Below are positions 63,534-64,000 of a stretch of DNA of 64,000 nt, piece after piece (position 1 is the first letter of the stretch; each line of letters opens with the position of its first letter). The stretch lies in contig CAWGVH010000004.1 of the NCBI GenBank assembly GCA_963825995.1, forward strand, positions 182,483 through 246,482. The letters run 5' to 3'. A program made the translations under genes and the position numbers. The notes beneath the pieces were generated by a model, which saw only the letters and a program-made list of their open reading frames with translations, did no database searches and was not told where the DNA came from. The stretch is from an uncultured Chloroflexia bacterium. GTDB lineage: Bacteria > Chloroflexota > Limnocylindria > Limnocylindrales > CSP1-4.

Positions 63534-64000
63534 TCAGGGCTCGAGCAGGACCTTGCCCCGGGCGGCTTCTGTGGGCGCTGCAAGGGCGTCGAGCGCGGCC
63601 TCGAACTGGTCGAGCCGGAACCGGTGGGTGACCACGGGCTGCAGGTCGAGGCGGCCGACGTTGAGGAGCGCCACGACCTGTGCCCAGGCGCCGGCTGTGT
63701 AGCCGAAGCTGCCGCGGAGCCGGAGGTCGTTGTTGACGATGTCGTCGGGGCTCAGCGGGACCGTCTTGCCGTGCCCGCAGATCCCGAGCAGCAGGACCTG
63801 GCCGCCACGTCGGGCCGCTTCGAGCGCGCTGCCGACGGCCGTGATGGTTCCAGCCGCCTCGATGGCCACATCGAAGGACCGAGGCTCGGGAGGGTCCACC
63901 GAGTACTCGTCCGCCCCCATCGCGTACGCCAGCTCACCCTGTGCGGCGCGGCGACCCGTCACCGTGACCCGCGCCGGCGACCACAGCCGGACGAGGTGCG
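63534..64000 (-). CDS. Zn-dependent alcohol dehydrogenase (MDR) family, C-terminal part; 5' end outside window
   Basis: The frame stays open past the track start at 63962 to the window edge. C-terminal domain blocks FDVAIEAAG, GGQVLLLG, VVTHRFRLDQFEAALDAL. The expected GxGxxG segment between VTVTG and MGADEY is not seen. Confidence 0.7.
   Translation of the reverse strand, partial: HLVRLWSPARVTVTGRRAAQGELAYAMGADEYSVDPPEPRSFDVAIEAAGTITAVGSALEAARRGGQVLLLGICGHGKTVPLSPDDIVNNDLRLRGSFGYTAGAWAQVVALLNVGRLDLQPVVTHRFRLDQFEAALDALAAPTEAARGKVLLEP

Noticed and set aside
1-64000. CRISPR arrays, tRNA/rRNA genes, IS elements, integrases and prophage genes.
   Set aside because: No regularly spaced repeats, no cloverleaf-like or rRNA-like segments in the short intergenic regions, and no transposase- or integrase-like translations in any frame I inspected.

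Overview
Very GC-rich bacterial chromosomal segment (by eye about two-thirds G+C or more; not computed). It is gene-dense, with about 60 protein genes and many 4-8 nt ATGA/GTGA start-stop overlaps. I recognised no rRNA, tRNA, CRISPR array, transposase or integrase. The GC content produces many long antisense or out-of-frame ORFs in the supplied track, so I kept only frames whose translations look like real proteins.

Content, left to right:
- AI-2E permease (partial).
- A five-gene phospholipid operon: cdsA, acyltransferase, CDP-alcohol-transferase-like protein, SAM methyltransferase, SDR.
- An MFS transporter.
- A cytoplasmic glycan cluster: GT4, unknown, GT4 and a clan GH-A hydrolase, convergent with a GH130.
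- A DHA2 MFS transporter.
- A DUF1269 protein next to a DUF1269-arylsulfatase fusion.
- A PLP decarboxylase and an EamA transporter.
- A TPP E1 alpha/beta pair.
- A LacI-controlled carbohydrate locus: ABC importer, two Gfo/Idh/MocA dehydrogenases, lactonase-type amidohydrolase plus rhamnose mutarotase, TIM-barrel isomerase, lyase, SDR. A corrinoid protein and several URO-D/MetE-superfamily methyltransferase-like genes are embedded in it.
- VapBC, cysE-cysK and a lipid kinase.
- A pfkB / Zn-ADH / mannitol-DH-like / GT2 / membrane-protein operon.
- A CoA-disulfide-reductase/rhodanese fusion.
- Assorted membrane and secreted proteins, a second DHA2 MFS, a DsbB-like protein and a partial Zn-ADH.

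Two themes deserve follow-up:
1. The corrinoid/methyltransferase module is tied by a shared 14-bp palindromic operator to a sugar regulon. It is a candidate cobalamin-dependent demethylation system for methylated sugars or cyclitols.
2. Frame disruptions are unusually dense: at least 11 indel-type breaks in 7 genes (3 or more in each of two genes), plus 2 truncation/deletion remnants and 2-3 ambiguous cases. This means either real gene decay or an indel-prone assembly.

Taxonomic guess (weak): Actinomycetota or Chloroflexota/Thermomicrobia-like.
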